Shown here: positions 18,223 to 27,927 of the stretch, piece by piece
Numbering within the stretch: position 1 is the first letter of the stretch
Layout: every line of letters begins with the position of its first letter
Virus record (IMG/VR): IMGVR_UViG_3300037524_000450
Span: 1-64,000 of that record
DNA from: a virus
Lineage: Duplodnaviria > Caudoviricetes
Strand: one strand, 5' to 3'
DNA length: 64,000 nucleotides
Program-made: the position numbers and the translations under genes
Notes under the pieces: generated by a model
What the model saw: only the letters and a program-made list of their open reading frames with translations
Database searches by the model: none
What the model was told of the DNA's origin: nothing

Positions 18223-19052
18223 TGGGACACTCAAGATCTGACAAATTCAATATCACACAGGCTGTTTTCCGCGAAAGAGTGGAGAACTATGATGTGATAC
18301 GGCGTCAAGATCATGCCATTATGAATTACTTTAAGTTTTGGATGCCTTATGAAGACCTGGAGACTGGTCGGTTGATGGAAAAGCTTGTCCCCATGGTCTT
18401 TGCTACGCCTAGACGAGAATTTACTGAGAATGACTTTAACGAAACAGATGAGACTACTTACACGGCGACGGAGTGGGAAGGGACTTTCGAGCCTACTTCT
18501 CATGAACGAATCGTGTACCCCTCTATTGCGGTAACTCGTTTAGATGCTTCATTTGACCAAGTTAGATTTACTTATGCCCCTTGGCGGAAATTAATATACT
18601 CGTCGGACTTAAACCTCGTCTTAGAGTCGAACTTTCCGCTCCCATATAACTTCACCTACCAGTTTGATTTTTGGGTAGAAGAGCAGGCACACCTTAACTC
18701 TTTCATGGAGCAGTGGGCACGTAAGTTTGCTCGGCCTACGTGGTGGGTTGACGTGGAGTATCCTCCCCCCTGGGGCACACAGTCTATCCACATGCAGTCC
18801 ACTGGGGCGTTTGCTAATGCGTCTACTCTAGAGGGTGGAGAGCAGAACCGGGAACTTCGGGGGGTTGCTTCAGTCAACGTATTCGGCTGGATTCCCCTCC
18901 CGACTCGTTGGGTTCGTACGGTGCAGAAAATCACTATTGATCTTATCGAACAGAGTTCTGAAGAAATTCTCGAAACGTATGAAACTGAGTGGGCGAGTAA
19001 GGCTGATTTCTGGGAGACCGGAGACCAGGAACAGGTGTTGGTATGGAAGTAA
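18222..19052 (+). CDS. Tail terminator / sheath stabiliser, T4 gp15-like
   Basis: VPMVFATP, YPSIAVTRLDASFD, PLPYNFTYQFDFW; position before the sheath gene. Confidence 0.75.
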   Translation: MGHSRSDKFNITQAVFRERVENYDVIRRQDHAIMNYFKFWMPYEDLETGRLMEKLVPMVFATPRREFTENDFNETDETTYTATEWEGTFEPTSHERIVYPSIAVTRLDASFDQVRFTYAPWRKLIYSSDLNLVLESNFPLPYNFTYQFDFWVEEQAHLNSFMEQWARKFARPTWWVDVEYPPPWGTQSIHMQSTGAFANASTLEGGEQNRELRGVASVNVFGWIPLPTRWVRTVQKITIDLIEQSSEEILETYETEWASKADFWETGDQEQVLVWK

Positions 19053-19564
19053 AAGACTTGATTGGTAAGAAGACTCCTAGTTTAGCTACAATTGCTAAAA
19101 AGCATAATAAGCCTTTGTCTTTTTTAAACCGGCAGCTTGCTATGGGGGCTAAGATTGAACGGGAACATGTTAAGAAGAATTCCCAAGCAAGGGAAATTTC
19201 TCGTGACCACTTAGCTGAAATCCCAGACTACTACACTCGGCTCAAGAAGATGGAACGTGAAGCTAAAAACGAGGCATACGATGACCCCCTAGAGGCCATG
19301 CACAGGACTACCAGGGAAAGAATTCTTCAAGGGGCCAAAGAAGGTAAGTATTGGTTGTTGAGATCGGAGGATACTGTGCTGTCAGCAGAGGAAAGACGCC
19401 GTTTAATAGAACAGATCATGGAAACTGTAACTACAGCAAACATTGGTGGTTATAACAAGCCCCTAGGAATTGACCCAAGAGACCCTACGATGGGGGGTAG
19501 AAACAAGTTTACCAAACGAGGTATCTGGTTCGCAGTCAACCAGCTCTTAGGCCATTCTGGCTAA
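19043..19564 (+). CDS. DUF5661-like domain protein
   Basis: MGAKIEREH...ISRDHLAEIPDYYTRLKKME matches the recurrent phage DUF5661 pattern as I recall it. Confidence 0.7.
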   Translation: MEVKDLIGKKTPSLATIAKKHNKPLSFLNRQLAMGAKIEREHVKKNSQAREISRDHLAEIPDYYTRLKKMEREAKNEAYDDPLEAMHRTTRERILQGAKEGKYWLLRSEDTVLSAEERRRLIEQIMETVTTANIGGYNKPLGIDPRDPTMGGRNKFTKRGIWFAVNQLLGHSG

Positions 19565-19603
19565 GACGTATGCTTTATTATACGATTATTGGAGGATTTG
19601 CTG

Positions 19604-19990
19604 ATGGCGCGTTGTAAACTAGTTGGCCTAAAAAAGCGCATTTCCTCGGCTCTTATCATGAGTCCTGAGGGTAAGCTTGAGCAGCACCGCTTCCAAAAGG
19701 GGAAAGAACTAGAGCTGGATAGTAGCCAGCTTACTTTTCACGTTCAGCGGTTGATTAACCAAAAAGTTGTCAAGCTTGTGATGCTTGAAGAAAATATGGA
19801 GATTCCAGTAGTTTTAGAGGAAAAACCTCTCGAAGTAGATAACGAGGAGTTCTTTATTACTACAGGAGTCAATACTTTTGAAACTGATAAGGACTTGGAC
19901 GAGGCAGCCCCCAAAAAGAGACGGGGTCGCAAGAAGAAGGTAGAAGATACCGAAGTTATTGACTTGGATGAGGATGAGAGCACTTTATAA
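19604..19990 (+). CDS. Hypothetical protein (128 aa) with acidic/basic disordered tail
   Basis: GGAGG SD at 19591-19595; directly upstream of the sheath gene. Confidence 0.65.
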   Translation: MARCKLVGLKKRISSALIMSPEGKLEQHRFQKGKELELDSSQLTFHVQRLINQKVVKLVMLEENMEIPVVLEEKPLEVDNEEFFITTGVNTFETDKDLDEAAPKKRRGRKKKVEDTEVIDLDEDESTL

Positions 19991-20007
19991 GATTTTAGGA
20001 GGAAAAG

Positions 20008-21822
20008 ATGCCAGCATATGTATCTCCGGGTGTTTATACTAGAGAAATTGACCTATCACTTTATGTCCCCTCGTTGTCAACGACAATCGTGGGTATGGTT
20101 GGTGTTACCTCAAAGGGTCCGACACAAACTAGGACGTATATCAGTAACCAGCAACAGTTCATCGACACGTTTGGTGAGCCGGATGACACGATTGGTTTTG
20201 AGTCTTACGCGGCGTTGCAGTACTTGCGTCGGGGCCGTCAGCTTTGGTTCGTTCGTGTAGTTGGCGCAGCCGCTGCCGAAGCCGAAGCTACTTTCTATAC
20301 CGAGACCGATGTAACTGCTGGTCACCCAGCACCTACCCCAGCGTTTGACAGTCTTGAAGACGAATTCACTTTTGCTGCTTTAAGCCTTGGGGACAATGGT
20401 ATTGTTCCTGGTTCAGTAATCCTTACTATTACCAAGGCTGATGACACCACTGAAGTATTTACTGATGATGGTGAGGGTGTTCTTGATGGTGCTGTTGATG
20501 GTGTTGGTACTATTGACTACGTAACTGGTGTCATGACTATTGATTGTGGTGCTAAGGTTCCTAAGACGGGTTCTCAAGCTTCAGTTAACTACTCCTACTA
20601 CGTAGACGCTTTTGTAGCAACTGCCCTCTCCGAAGGTGAGTGGGGGAACAACATTTCTATACTGGTTGAAGACGGTACCAATGCCGGTACTTTCAAGCTG
20701 AGCGTGTACTACGACGGTGTTCGCCAGGAGCGTTATGACAACTTGGTTCTCGACGATACCTCTGACTACTATATCGAGACTAAGCTCAATGACGTGTCCG
20801 ACTACGTGACTATTGCGGTAGACGGGGGCATGACCGGAACAGAGGAACCCTCTTTCTTGACTACAGCTACCTCCCTTGCCGGTGGAGATTCTGACGCCAG
20901 CAACGTAGCTGCTGCTGATATCGTTGGTGAGGCATGGGACAACGTTCTTCTACAGCCTACTGGCTTGCAGCTTTTTGCCTCTGCTTGGTCTACAGACATT
21001 AACCTCCTGGTAGCCCCAGGTTGGTATGATGCTGCTGTCTCGCAGGCTCTTATTGAGATCTGTGAAACTCGGGCCGATTGTATGGCAATTCTTGACCCGC
21101 CTGAGGATCTAAACGCACAAGAGGTTGTAGATTGGCACAATGGCGAAGGCACTTTCAACGACCACGCTGCGTACAATAGCTCTTACGCTGCTACGTACTA
21201 CCCGTGGATTAAGGTGTACGACGCTTATAACGCGCAGTATGTATTCACTCCGCCGTCGGGTCACGTTCTAGCTGTGTACGCTTACACAGACTACAACGCG
21301 GAAACTTGGTTCGCTCCTGCTGGTCTACAGCGCGGGCGAGTGATCTCCGGTACTGATACCGCTTATGACATTACTCCTGGTGAGATGGATCTTCTCTACG
21401 GTGATGGTAATGCGGTCAACCCGATTGTTAATTTCCCACAACTAGGTATCGTGGTTTGGGGTCAGCGGACCCTACAGCGGTCTCCGACAGCCCTTGATAG
21501 GGTTAACGTTCGTCGGTTGCTCCTGTACCTCCGGAAGACCATTTCGACAGCGGCTTCTTACTTGGTGTTCGAGCCTAACGACGAGAAGACCTGGAAGCTG
21601 TTTGGCCACTTGGTTATCCCGTACCTTAACGACGTACGTCAACGGCGTGGTCTATATGACTTCCGCGTAAAGTGTGACGAAACAACCAACACACCTACAG
21701 TTATTGACCGTAACGAGCTGCATGCTCAAATTCTCTTGAAGCCGGTCAAAGCTGCTGAGTTCATCCAGATTGACTTCGTGTTAACTTCAACGGGTGCGAA
21801 CTTTGACGAGGTCTTGTACTAA
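20008..21822 (+). CDS. Tail sheath protein, T4 gp18-like (604 aa)
   Basis: YVSPGVYTREIDLS start; WFAPAGLQRG, VNPIV, WGQRTL, DRVNVRRLLLYL, VFEPNDEKTW. Confidence 0.96.
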   Translation: MPAYVSPGVYTREIDLSLYVPSLSTTIVGMVGVTSKGPTQTRTYISNQQQFIDTFGEPDDTIGFESYAALQYLRRGRQLWFVRVVGAAAAEAEATFYTETDVTAGHPAPTPAFDSLEDEFTFAALSLGDNGIVPGSVILTITKADDTTEVFTDDGEGVLDGAVDGVGTIDYVTGVMTIDCGAKVPKTGSQASVNYSYYVDAFVATALSEGEWGNNISILVEDGTNAGTFKLSVYYDGVRQERYDNLVLDDTSDYYIETKLNDVSDYVTIAVDGGMTGTEEPSFLTTATSLAGGDSDASNVAAADIVGEAWDNVLLQPTGLQLFASAWSTDINLLVAPGWYDAAVSQALIEICETRADCMAILDPPEDLNAQEVVDWHNGEGTFNDHAAYNSSYAATYYPWIKVYDAYNAQYVFTPPSGHVLAVYAYTDYNAETWFAPAGLQRGRVISGTDTAYDITPGEMDLLYGDGNAVNPIVNFPQLGIVVWGQRTLQRSPTALDRVNVRRLLLYLRKTISTAASYLVFEPNDEKTWKLFGHLVIPYLNDVRQRRGLYDFRVKCDETTNTPTVIDRNELHAQILLKPVKAAEFIQIDFVLTSTGANFDEVLY

Positions 21823-22400
21823 TGCCCTCTTTTGGTCTACTTCCTGCTCATCGCAGCATTATTAGTGCTGGTGGAGCGGTACCGCTCCACCAGCAGGTTC
21901 TTTCCCGTGCCAGTAACTTTTTGCGTACTGCCAAGAGAGATCTTAAAGGGCAGTACAAGATGCACAAGTTACGGACAAATTCTAAGCTTGTCAAGAGGCA
22001 CGCTTCAGCTAATTTACTAGCAAATGGGGTTCAGGCTATTAAAGACTCTGGCGTACCGATAGGCATTCAAGCTCAAGGGCTAGGTAACAAAGCTGCCCAA
22101 GCAGCAGAAAGAACGAAAGCAAAATTAGACCGATACAAGCACCTTGAAAGACAGTACGCCAAATCCAATGCAATGCTTATTGGCGGTACCGTTCTAGGTA
22201 CTGCAATCGCAGCCAAAGGTGTTCACACCTATCGTAAGTGGAGAAAGAAAGCTAAGGAAAAGACGCAATATCGGGGCTACGATGTATACCCCGAGCATAA
22301 CTATGCTGCTGTAGCCCAGCAGCCGTATAATCAGCCGTATTACAACGAAGAGATAATTGAACATATTCGTGAATTCAAGCGCAGTCAGTATTTATTCTAA
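21822..22400 (+). CDS. Basic hypothetical protein (192 aa) with one hydrophobic helix, between sheath and tube
   Basis: TAATG overlap; AMLIGGTVLGTAIAA followed by RKWRKKAKEK. Confidence 0.6.
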   Translation: MPSFGLLPAHRSIISAGGAVPLHQQVLSRASNFLRTAKRDLKGQYKMHKLRTNSKLVKRHASANLLANGVQAIKDSGVPIGIQAQGLGNKAAQAAERTKAKLDRYKHLERQYAKSNAMLIGGTVLGTAIAAKGVHTYRKWRKKAKEKTQYRGYDVYPEHNYAAVAQQPYNQPYYNEEIIEHIREFKRSQYLF

Positions 22401-22423
22401 GGACATGATTAGGAGGATTTACC

Positions 22424-22960
22424 ATGCCATTTTGGGAACCAGTTGGATCTGATTTTATCGGGGCAAAGCATATTGCTGCTCCAGGTGGTGGTTTTGAACC
22501 TCAGCGTGGCCATAACTTCGAGCTATTGATTTTGGTTCCTAGTGGGGATGCTGAAGTTCTTCTAAAGTCGGTTGAGACCTCTTTGGGTATCAGCCACAAC
22601 AGCGAACCGTTGCCTCTGCCCTACATGAACGAAACGGTGTACATTGCTGGCCGTCCGCTTTATGCCCCTGGACCGGTTGTATATCGTGACTTCATCAAAG
22701 AGGGAACATACCAGTTGCTTGAGTCTTGGTACAACCTAGTTTACAACCCGCGAACTTCTGAAATTGGGTACGCCACCGACTACAAGTCTATGGGTACTCT
22801 TAGCATGTATGACGTTAAAGGCCAGTTTGAGCGGTCTTGGGATCTAGTTGGTATCTGGCCCCAAGATATTTCTCAGGAAGCCCCGTCCCACGTTAATGGC
22901 GACATTATGCGGGTGAACGTTACATTCCAGTTTGACAAAGCGGTACCAAACTTTATTTAG
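22424..22960 (+). CDS. Tail tube protein, T4 gp19-like
   Basis: LPYMNETVYIAGR, WYNLVYNP, YATDYKSMGTL, WDLVGIWP, VTFQFD; AGGAGG SD. Confidence 0.88.
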   Translation: MPFWEPVGSDFIGAKHIAAPGGGFEPQRGHNFELLILVPSGDAEVLLKSVETSLGISHNSEPLPLPYMNETVYIAGRPLYAPGPVVYRDFIKEGTYQLLESWYNLVYNPRTSEIGYATDYKSMGTLSMYDVKGQFERSWDLVGIWPQDISQEAPSHVNGDIMRVNVTFQFDKAVPNFI

Positions 22961-23001
22961 TACTCAGTTGTTAATAAGAACATTCTATATTATAAGAACT
23001 T

Positions 23002-23044
23002 TTAGCCTGCCGTATTCTTTTTATAAGAGGCAGGCTATATTTTT
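23002..23044 (+). terminator. Probable intrinsic terminator after the tube gene
   Basis: TAGCCTGCC (23002-23010) / GGCAGGCTA (23029-23037) stem followed by TATTTTT. Confidence 0.65.
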
Positions 23045-23081
23045 AAAGGCCGATAATTAAAGTATCAATTTGGAGGATACA

Positions 23082-23912
23082 ATGGGTGAATTCGATTTCT
23101 TGGAACCAATTCCTAAAACTAGTGTGACAGTTAAACTTCCGTCTAGAGGCGTGCTCTACCCTAAAGAGCACCCGGCTAGTTCTGGGAAGTTGACATTAAC
23201 CCCAATGACAATGTTGGAAGAATCATTGTTAATGTCCGACGGCGGGTTGGACTCTGCAATTGATAAGATTTTGAGACGTTGCGTAGTCGAAAATGTAGAT
23301 GTTAATACCCTTATTGGGTCAGACAAGTTTTTTTTGTTTATCATGCTTAGAGCAATTACTTATGGCTCTGAGTACTCATTTACTTGGACGTGTACAAAAG
23401 AAAAGAATGGCAAGCCATGTACTTATAGAAATACCACAAAAGTTTCTATCCCTGACGGGTTTAAAGTTAAGTATTTGGCTGACGATGATAAGGAGCCATT
23501 TGAATTTGTACTCCCAGATTGCAAAAAGACTATCTCTTTCAAGCTCCTGCGTGGAACAGACGAGCCTAGAATTGAAGCGTACGCCAAAGAGATTGAGTAC
23601 CAAAAAAATGAGGGCATTGACCGTGTAAACACCACGCTTGCTTTCAGGCTTATCTGCCATATTGTTGCTGTTGATGGCAAGCTAGTCAAGGGTGCTCCTC
23701 AGGATAAGCTGATGGCCTTTGTTAATTCTTGGACAGCCAAGGACCGTCAGGCTCTCCAGCAAAAGATTAATTTCTATACTCCTGGTATCGACACAAGCCT
23801 TAAGGTTTCCTGTGAGAAGTGTGGTGAAACACACGAAATGGAGATGCCTTACACCGTAAACTTTTTTCGCGCAGTCGATGATTCCGGAGTTGAAAACCCA
23901 AAGGCAGATTAA
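23082..23912 (+). CDS. Tail assembly chaperone / baseplate hub assembly protein, T4 gp26-like
   Basis: VKLPSRGVLYP, LTPMTMLEESLL, WTC...C and CEKCG Cys pairs, VNFF; position between tube and tape measure. Confidence 0.75.
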   Translation: MGEFDFLEPIPKTSVTVKLPSRGVLYPKEHPASSGKLTLTPMTMLEESLLMSDGGLDSAIDKILRRCVVENVDVNTLIGSDKFFLFIMLRAITYGSEYSFTWTCTKEKNGKPCTYRNTTKVSIPDGFKVKYLADDDKEPFEFVLPDCKKTISFKLLRGTDEPRIEAYAKEIEYQKNEGIDRVNTTLAFRLICHIVAVDGKLVKGAPQDKLMAFVNSWTAKDRQALQQKINFYTPGIDTSLKVSCEKCGETHEMEMPYTVNFFRAVDDSGVENPKAD

Positions 23913-24099
23913 GTTTGATCTGATGTACTACCTGCATATGCGGTATGAGGAAATAATGACTATGGAGCTTTCAGAACTTTTGTGGTACTACAAAAAGCTC
24001 AAGGAAGTTAAAGATTCTGAATTTGAGTTTGAAAAAATAAAATTGGAGCTTAATTTAGCAGCAGCAGGGGTTAAGAACGCGAATAAGATATTTAAATAA
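23878..24099 (+). CDS. Second tail-chaperone ORF (gpT-like), possibly reached by frameshifting
   Basis: FDLMYYLHMRYEEIMTMELSELLWYYKKL pattern; no SD before its ATGs; its frame opens right at the T6 run 23862-23867. Confidence 0.6.
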   Translation: MIPELKTQRQIKFDLMYYLHMRYEEIMTMELSELLWYYKKLKEVKDSEFEFEKIKLELNLAAAGVKNANKIFK

Positions 24100-24110
24100 G
24101 GGTATAACAC

Positions 24111-26927
24111 ATGAGTAGTTTAGACCAATCACTGTCATTAAAAGCCCAGCTTAGGGATGAAGTTAGCCCAGCACTTGAAAAAATTAATAGAAGTGCTAAG
24201 ACAACACAGGGTGCTTTAGAAGAACTGGGTAATGATGCTAAGAAAGCCGGAGAAGTTCTCGGGGCTGCTGGTGAAAGTATGGCCGGGGCCAATAAAAGGG
24301 CTGCCGAAAAAGTTCAAGAAGATCTCAAGAAAACAGGGGGTGTTTTCAAAGAGCTAGGCCAAGAGGCTCAGCAGTCTGCTAAACAGGTAGGGGAAGCTCT
24401 TGATGGTGCTTTCAGGTCTAGTAAACAAGCTCGGTCAGTAGACGAATTAGACGAAGAACTTGAAGGGTTAAACAGAACACTCAAAGGGATGGCTTCTACT
24501 AATCGGCCTATGGCTGGTAGAGCAAGAAACGTCCGAGCTATTGGTCAAGATACTATTAATAAGAAAGTTATCCCGGCGTTCCAAGAGTTACACAGCACCC
24601 TAGAAGAACTTCCTGATACTTTGACCGGAGTTAATGCTGGAGTACGTAGCCAGATTTCTTTGTCTGACAAAATGTCTAGTGCCTTGGACGGAGTTAACCG
24701 TAGAATTTCAGGGCTAGGAAAAGTTTTTGACAAGCTTAAAGCTACGTTTATAGACGTTGCAGGCGCTGTCACAAGTAGCTGGTTTGCTGTGCAAGGCGCA
24801 AAAGTTAGAGAAGCGCAGGTAACGGCTGGGAGACAAAGAGGAAGAAAAAGCTTTGCCGCTATGGAAAAGCTGACCCCAGATATTCAACGAGCAGCTATGG
24901 CTCCTGATGATGTTTGGGGGCCAGCGTACGAAAAACTCTTAGACACTAGTTCACTAGCCTTAGAAGAGTTCCCTCGAATGATTGACCAGATGACGCAGCT
25001 TTCTAAGGCAACTGGTCTATCTACAGATGCTTTTGCAGAACTCTTTGTCCAGATGACTGAACTCTCCGGGTTAACTGGGGACGAGTGGCTCGATGTTACA
25101 GAGAAGATAAACTTTTTTGCCTCTTCTAGCCGTGCCAGTATTACAGATCTTCATGGTGTTATATCCAGTGCTACAGAAGAAATGATTGGGTTTAGCCGAG
25201 AAGCTAGAAAAGCCTACGCTGAGAGTAGTATGGCGGCTGCTGCTCAAACTGCTAATGCTGGTTTAGGTGCAGGGGCAGCCCAAGATTACTTTACAAAAGC
25301 CCTTACTGATATTGAATTTAGAACACGACTACAGGGGCTAACTTCTAGGTATGGAACCGGCCAAGATCTCGGAGAACTTATAGCTGGTGGGAAAATTGGA
25401 GATTTTAACGCAGAAGTAGCCACTGCCATGGCTAAGTTTACCCGGCAAGAGTATACTGACCGGGGTCTAAACCCTATGTCCGACCCGGAAAGAAGGGGAT
25501 TTTCTGCTGTAGCTGCTGGGCTTTCTCCAGAAGAAGGTCTTCGATATGCCAATCGTTTAACTGAACTTGAAAAGCAGGGTAGAGACTATTTTGCCGAACT
25601 TGCTAGACTTGTAGCAGAAAGCAAAGAGACAGATATTGCGGGTCTAACTGGGGATATTCGTGGTACAGCCGCTGAAAAATTACAGCAGTTGACTGCCGCA
25701 GCTAATTCAGCCGGTATGGATATTGGTGTTCACACGGTTAAAGCTATTGAACAAGGTATGGACCCGCTTATAGCTGCGACCTTTAACATGTCAAACAAGC
25801 TAGACGAAATGCCTGAAATGGCGAAAAAAGGAATTGCCTTTTTTAGCATTGGGCTTAACTTAATGTCTGCTCTTAAAAACTTCATTCCTGGTTTAGCCGG
25901 TGCTTTAGAAGGGCCGCTAGAGACACTAGCTGGGGCTACAATTGCGGGCATAACAGCTAAGAATGTTTTGGAGGGGGGAGATGTCAAAGCACAAGCGGCT
26001 GCTTTAGCCCCCGGTATGCCTGAGCTACAAGCTGAGATTGAAAAGCAGCTTTATAACAAGCTACAAGATTATGATGCTGGGAATATTGTTGGGGATAGTC
26101 GTAAACACTACGAGATACCCGTAGTGCCCACACCCAGGGATCTAACTCCAGCAGATTATGAACCCAATAAGGAAAGGTTTAAACGAGAAGTGGTTGGGGC
26201 TGTGTCAGAAGGGTATCAAGTATTACAAAACCCAGAAAAAAGCGCAGTAGACAGAATGGAAACATCTGTCAAACTTGTTCAACAAGCCATTAATACCACA
26301 CAACAACAGGGTTCTCTAGGTGCGAGTGAAACAGCATTAAAGGCAGCATATTTTCAAGATAACAGAGACAAAATGTTAGAGTATGGGTCTAAGGCTTTTA
26401 AGGACGTTTGGATAGAAGATATAAAAAGTATACCAACTATGATAGCAACCGGGACGAGATCAGCAGCAGCGGCAGAAGCCCATGTAAGATACGATGCTAT
26501 AGAGAAGTTGTTGAAGGCTTCCCCAGAAGAAATGATGACCATGGGAGACCAGCTATCGCTTATTGTTTCTGATGCACAGGCAAAATTAAGCCCAGAGGTG
26601 CAAAAGCAGTACGGAGAAGCAATAAGAAATAACCTTATTGCTCTGGATGAAGTTACAGACCAATTACAGGCTACTTTGACTAAAGAAGATTTAAACGATC
26701 CTAAAGTTCAAGAGCTACAAAGACAGTACAATGATCTTATGAGTAGGCTAATTACATCTGTAGAAACGGTTGGTAAGGAAACGCTCACAAAAACAGATTT
26801 GATAAACCTTGTAACTGAACTTAGAAAAAGCCCCTTACCTCCACCAACATCGCAAAGGACAAATGAGGGCGTTGACCATACAGACCCAGCAACAGAAAGA
26901 CATACAACACGTAGCCACGGGAGATAA
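24111..26927 (+). CDS. Tape measure protein (938 aa)
   Basis: Long Ala/Glu/Lys helical ORF after the chaperones; N-terminal LKAQLRDEVSPALEKI; central hydrophobic segment. Confidence 0.8.
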   Translation: MSSLDQSLSLKAQLRDEVSPALEKINRSAKTTQGALEELGNDAKKAGEVLGAAGESMAGANKRAAEKVQEDLKKTGGVFKELGQEAQQSAKQVGEALDGAFRSSKQARSVDELDEELEGLNRTLKGMASTNRPMAGRARNVRAIGQDTINKKVIPAFQELHSTLEELPDTLTGVNAGVRSQISLSDKMSSALDGVNRRISGLGKVFDKLKATFIDVAGAVTSSWFAVQGAKVREAQVTAGRQRGRKSFAAMEKLTPDIQRAAMAPDDVWGPAYEKLLDTSSLALEEFPRMIDQMTQLSKATGLSTDAFAELFVQMTELSGLTGDEWLDVTEKINFFASSSRASITDLHGVISSATEEMIGFSREARKAYAESSMAAAAQTANAGLGAGAAQDYFTKALTDIEFRTRLQGLTSRYGTGQDLGELIAGGKIGDFNAEVATAMAKFTRQEYTDRGLNPMSDPERRGFSAVAAGLSPEEGLRYANRLTELEKQGRDYFAELARLVAESKETDIAGLTGDIRGTAAEKLQQLTAAANSAGMDIGVHTVKAIEQGMDPLIAATFNMSNKLDEMPEMAKKGIAFFSIGLNLMSALKNFIPGLAGALEGPLETLAGATIAGITAKNVLEGGDVKAQAAALAPGMPELQAEIEKQLYNKLQDYDAGNIVGDSRKHYEIPVVPTPRDLTPADYEPNKERFKREVVGAVSEGYQVLQNPEKSAVDRMETSVKLVQQAINTTQQQGSLGASETALKAAYFQDNRDKMLEYGSKAFKDVWIEDIKSIPTMIATGTRSAAAAEAHVRYDAIEKLLKASPEEMMTMGDQLSLIVSDAQAKLSPEVQKQYGEAIRNNLIALDEVTDQLQATLTKEDLNDPKVQELQRQYNDLMSRLITSVETVGKETLTKTDLINLVTELRKSPLPPPTSQRTNEGVDHTDPATERHTTRSHGR

Positions 26928-26936
26928 GTATAAATT

Positions 26937-27557
26937 ATGGCATACTCAGGGGACAAAGACATTGCAAAAGTTTTATCGCCAGAAGCTTTCTGCTATATTA
27001 TAGACCGCAAAGATAGCAGCAGGCTTGAATTTCAACTTATGCCTGATGTTATTTCAGAGTCTAAGTCAGCGCAGTACAACGAGATTCCTATCATTGGTCG
27101 TAGCTTACCTCACCTGGGTTATGCCGCGTCTAGTTCTAGATCTATCGCGCTTACTCTAAGCTTTGTAGCTTTAAACAGCCCTAACTCTGGTGGAAAATAC
27201 ACCACGGATTGGGTTAGAGATAGAGTTCGTTGGTTGGAGTCTAAAGTTTACCCTGAGTACTTGGACGGGTTTACTTTCCCTCCTAGAATGCTAAACATTG
27301 GTATTGGCTCTGTAATAGGCATGCAGTGTGTTATGACTTCGTGTACAACTTCTTGGCTTGGTCCTTGGGATGTAGAGGGCGATTTAGCTAGGCCGTTTAG
27401 AGCGAATGTAGATTGTGCTTTTCAAGAAGCTGGCAAAAATGACGACGATATGGAACACCCCCATGGGTTTGACCATGCCATTTCGGGCAGAAACCAATGG
27501 GTTGAAGTTGGGGGGTCTACGGCAAATATGTACGTAGAAATTCCTCTGTCTATTTAG
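26937..27557 (+). CDS. Baseplate tube-initiator protein (gp48/gp54 or P2 gpU-like)
   Basis: LEFQLMPDVISESKSAQYNEIPIIGRS...SRSIALTLSF; follows the tape measure gene. Confidence 0.75.
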   Translation: MAYSGDKDIAKVLSPEAFCYIIDRKDSSRLEFQLMPDVISESKSAQYNEIPIIGRSLPHLGYAASSSRSIALTLSFVALNSPNSGGKYTTDWVRDRVRWLESKVYPEYLDGFTFPPRMLNIGIGSVIGMQCVMTSCTTSWLGPWDVEGDLARPFRANVDCAFQEAGKNDDDMEHPHGFDHAISGRNQWVEVGGSTANMYVEIPLSI

Positions 27558-27565
27558 GAGAAGTC

Positions 27566-27922
27566 ATGGCGACAAAAACATTATTAACCCCACTTGAATC
27601 TGGTATCCCAAGAAAAGGAAAAGACATGCCATCTAGGCATCGTACTTCCTTTAAATACCAGGATGAAAATGGCCGATATTTCTTTGGGAGTTTCCCTGTC
27701 ATAGACCTTCCACTACACCAAACAGACCAATTCTATGTTTTGGAAGCAGAAGATGTAGGCAGACCAGACTTAATTGCTTATAAGTTTTATAAGACGCCAA
27801 GTTTGTACTGGGTAATTCTTTGGGTTAACAATATTATTGATCCTTTTGAAGATATGTATCCTGGTATGCTTTTACGGTTACCCTCAACTGTTAGATTAAC
27901 TGAGTATAATATCAAAGGTTAA
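27566..27922 (+). CDS. LysM-like baseplate wedge protein (gp53 / P2 gpX-like)
   Basis: GRPDLIAYKFYKTPSLYWVILWVNNIIDPF...GMLLRLP. Confidence 0.85.
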   Translation: MATKTLLTPLESGIPRKGKDMPSRHRTSFKYQDENGRYFFGSFPVIDLPLHQTDQFYVLEAEDVGRPDLIAYKFYKTPSLYWVILWVNNIIDPFEDMYPGMLLRLPSTVRLTEYNIKG

Positions 27923-27927
27923 GCGAT

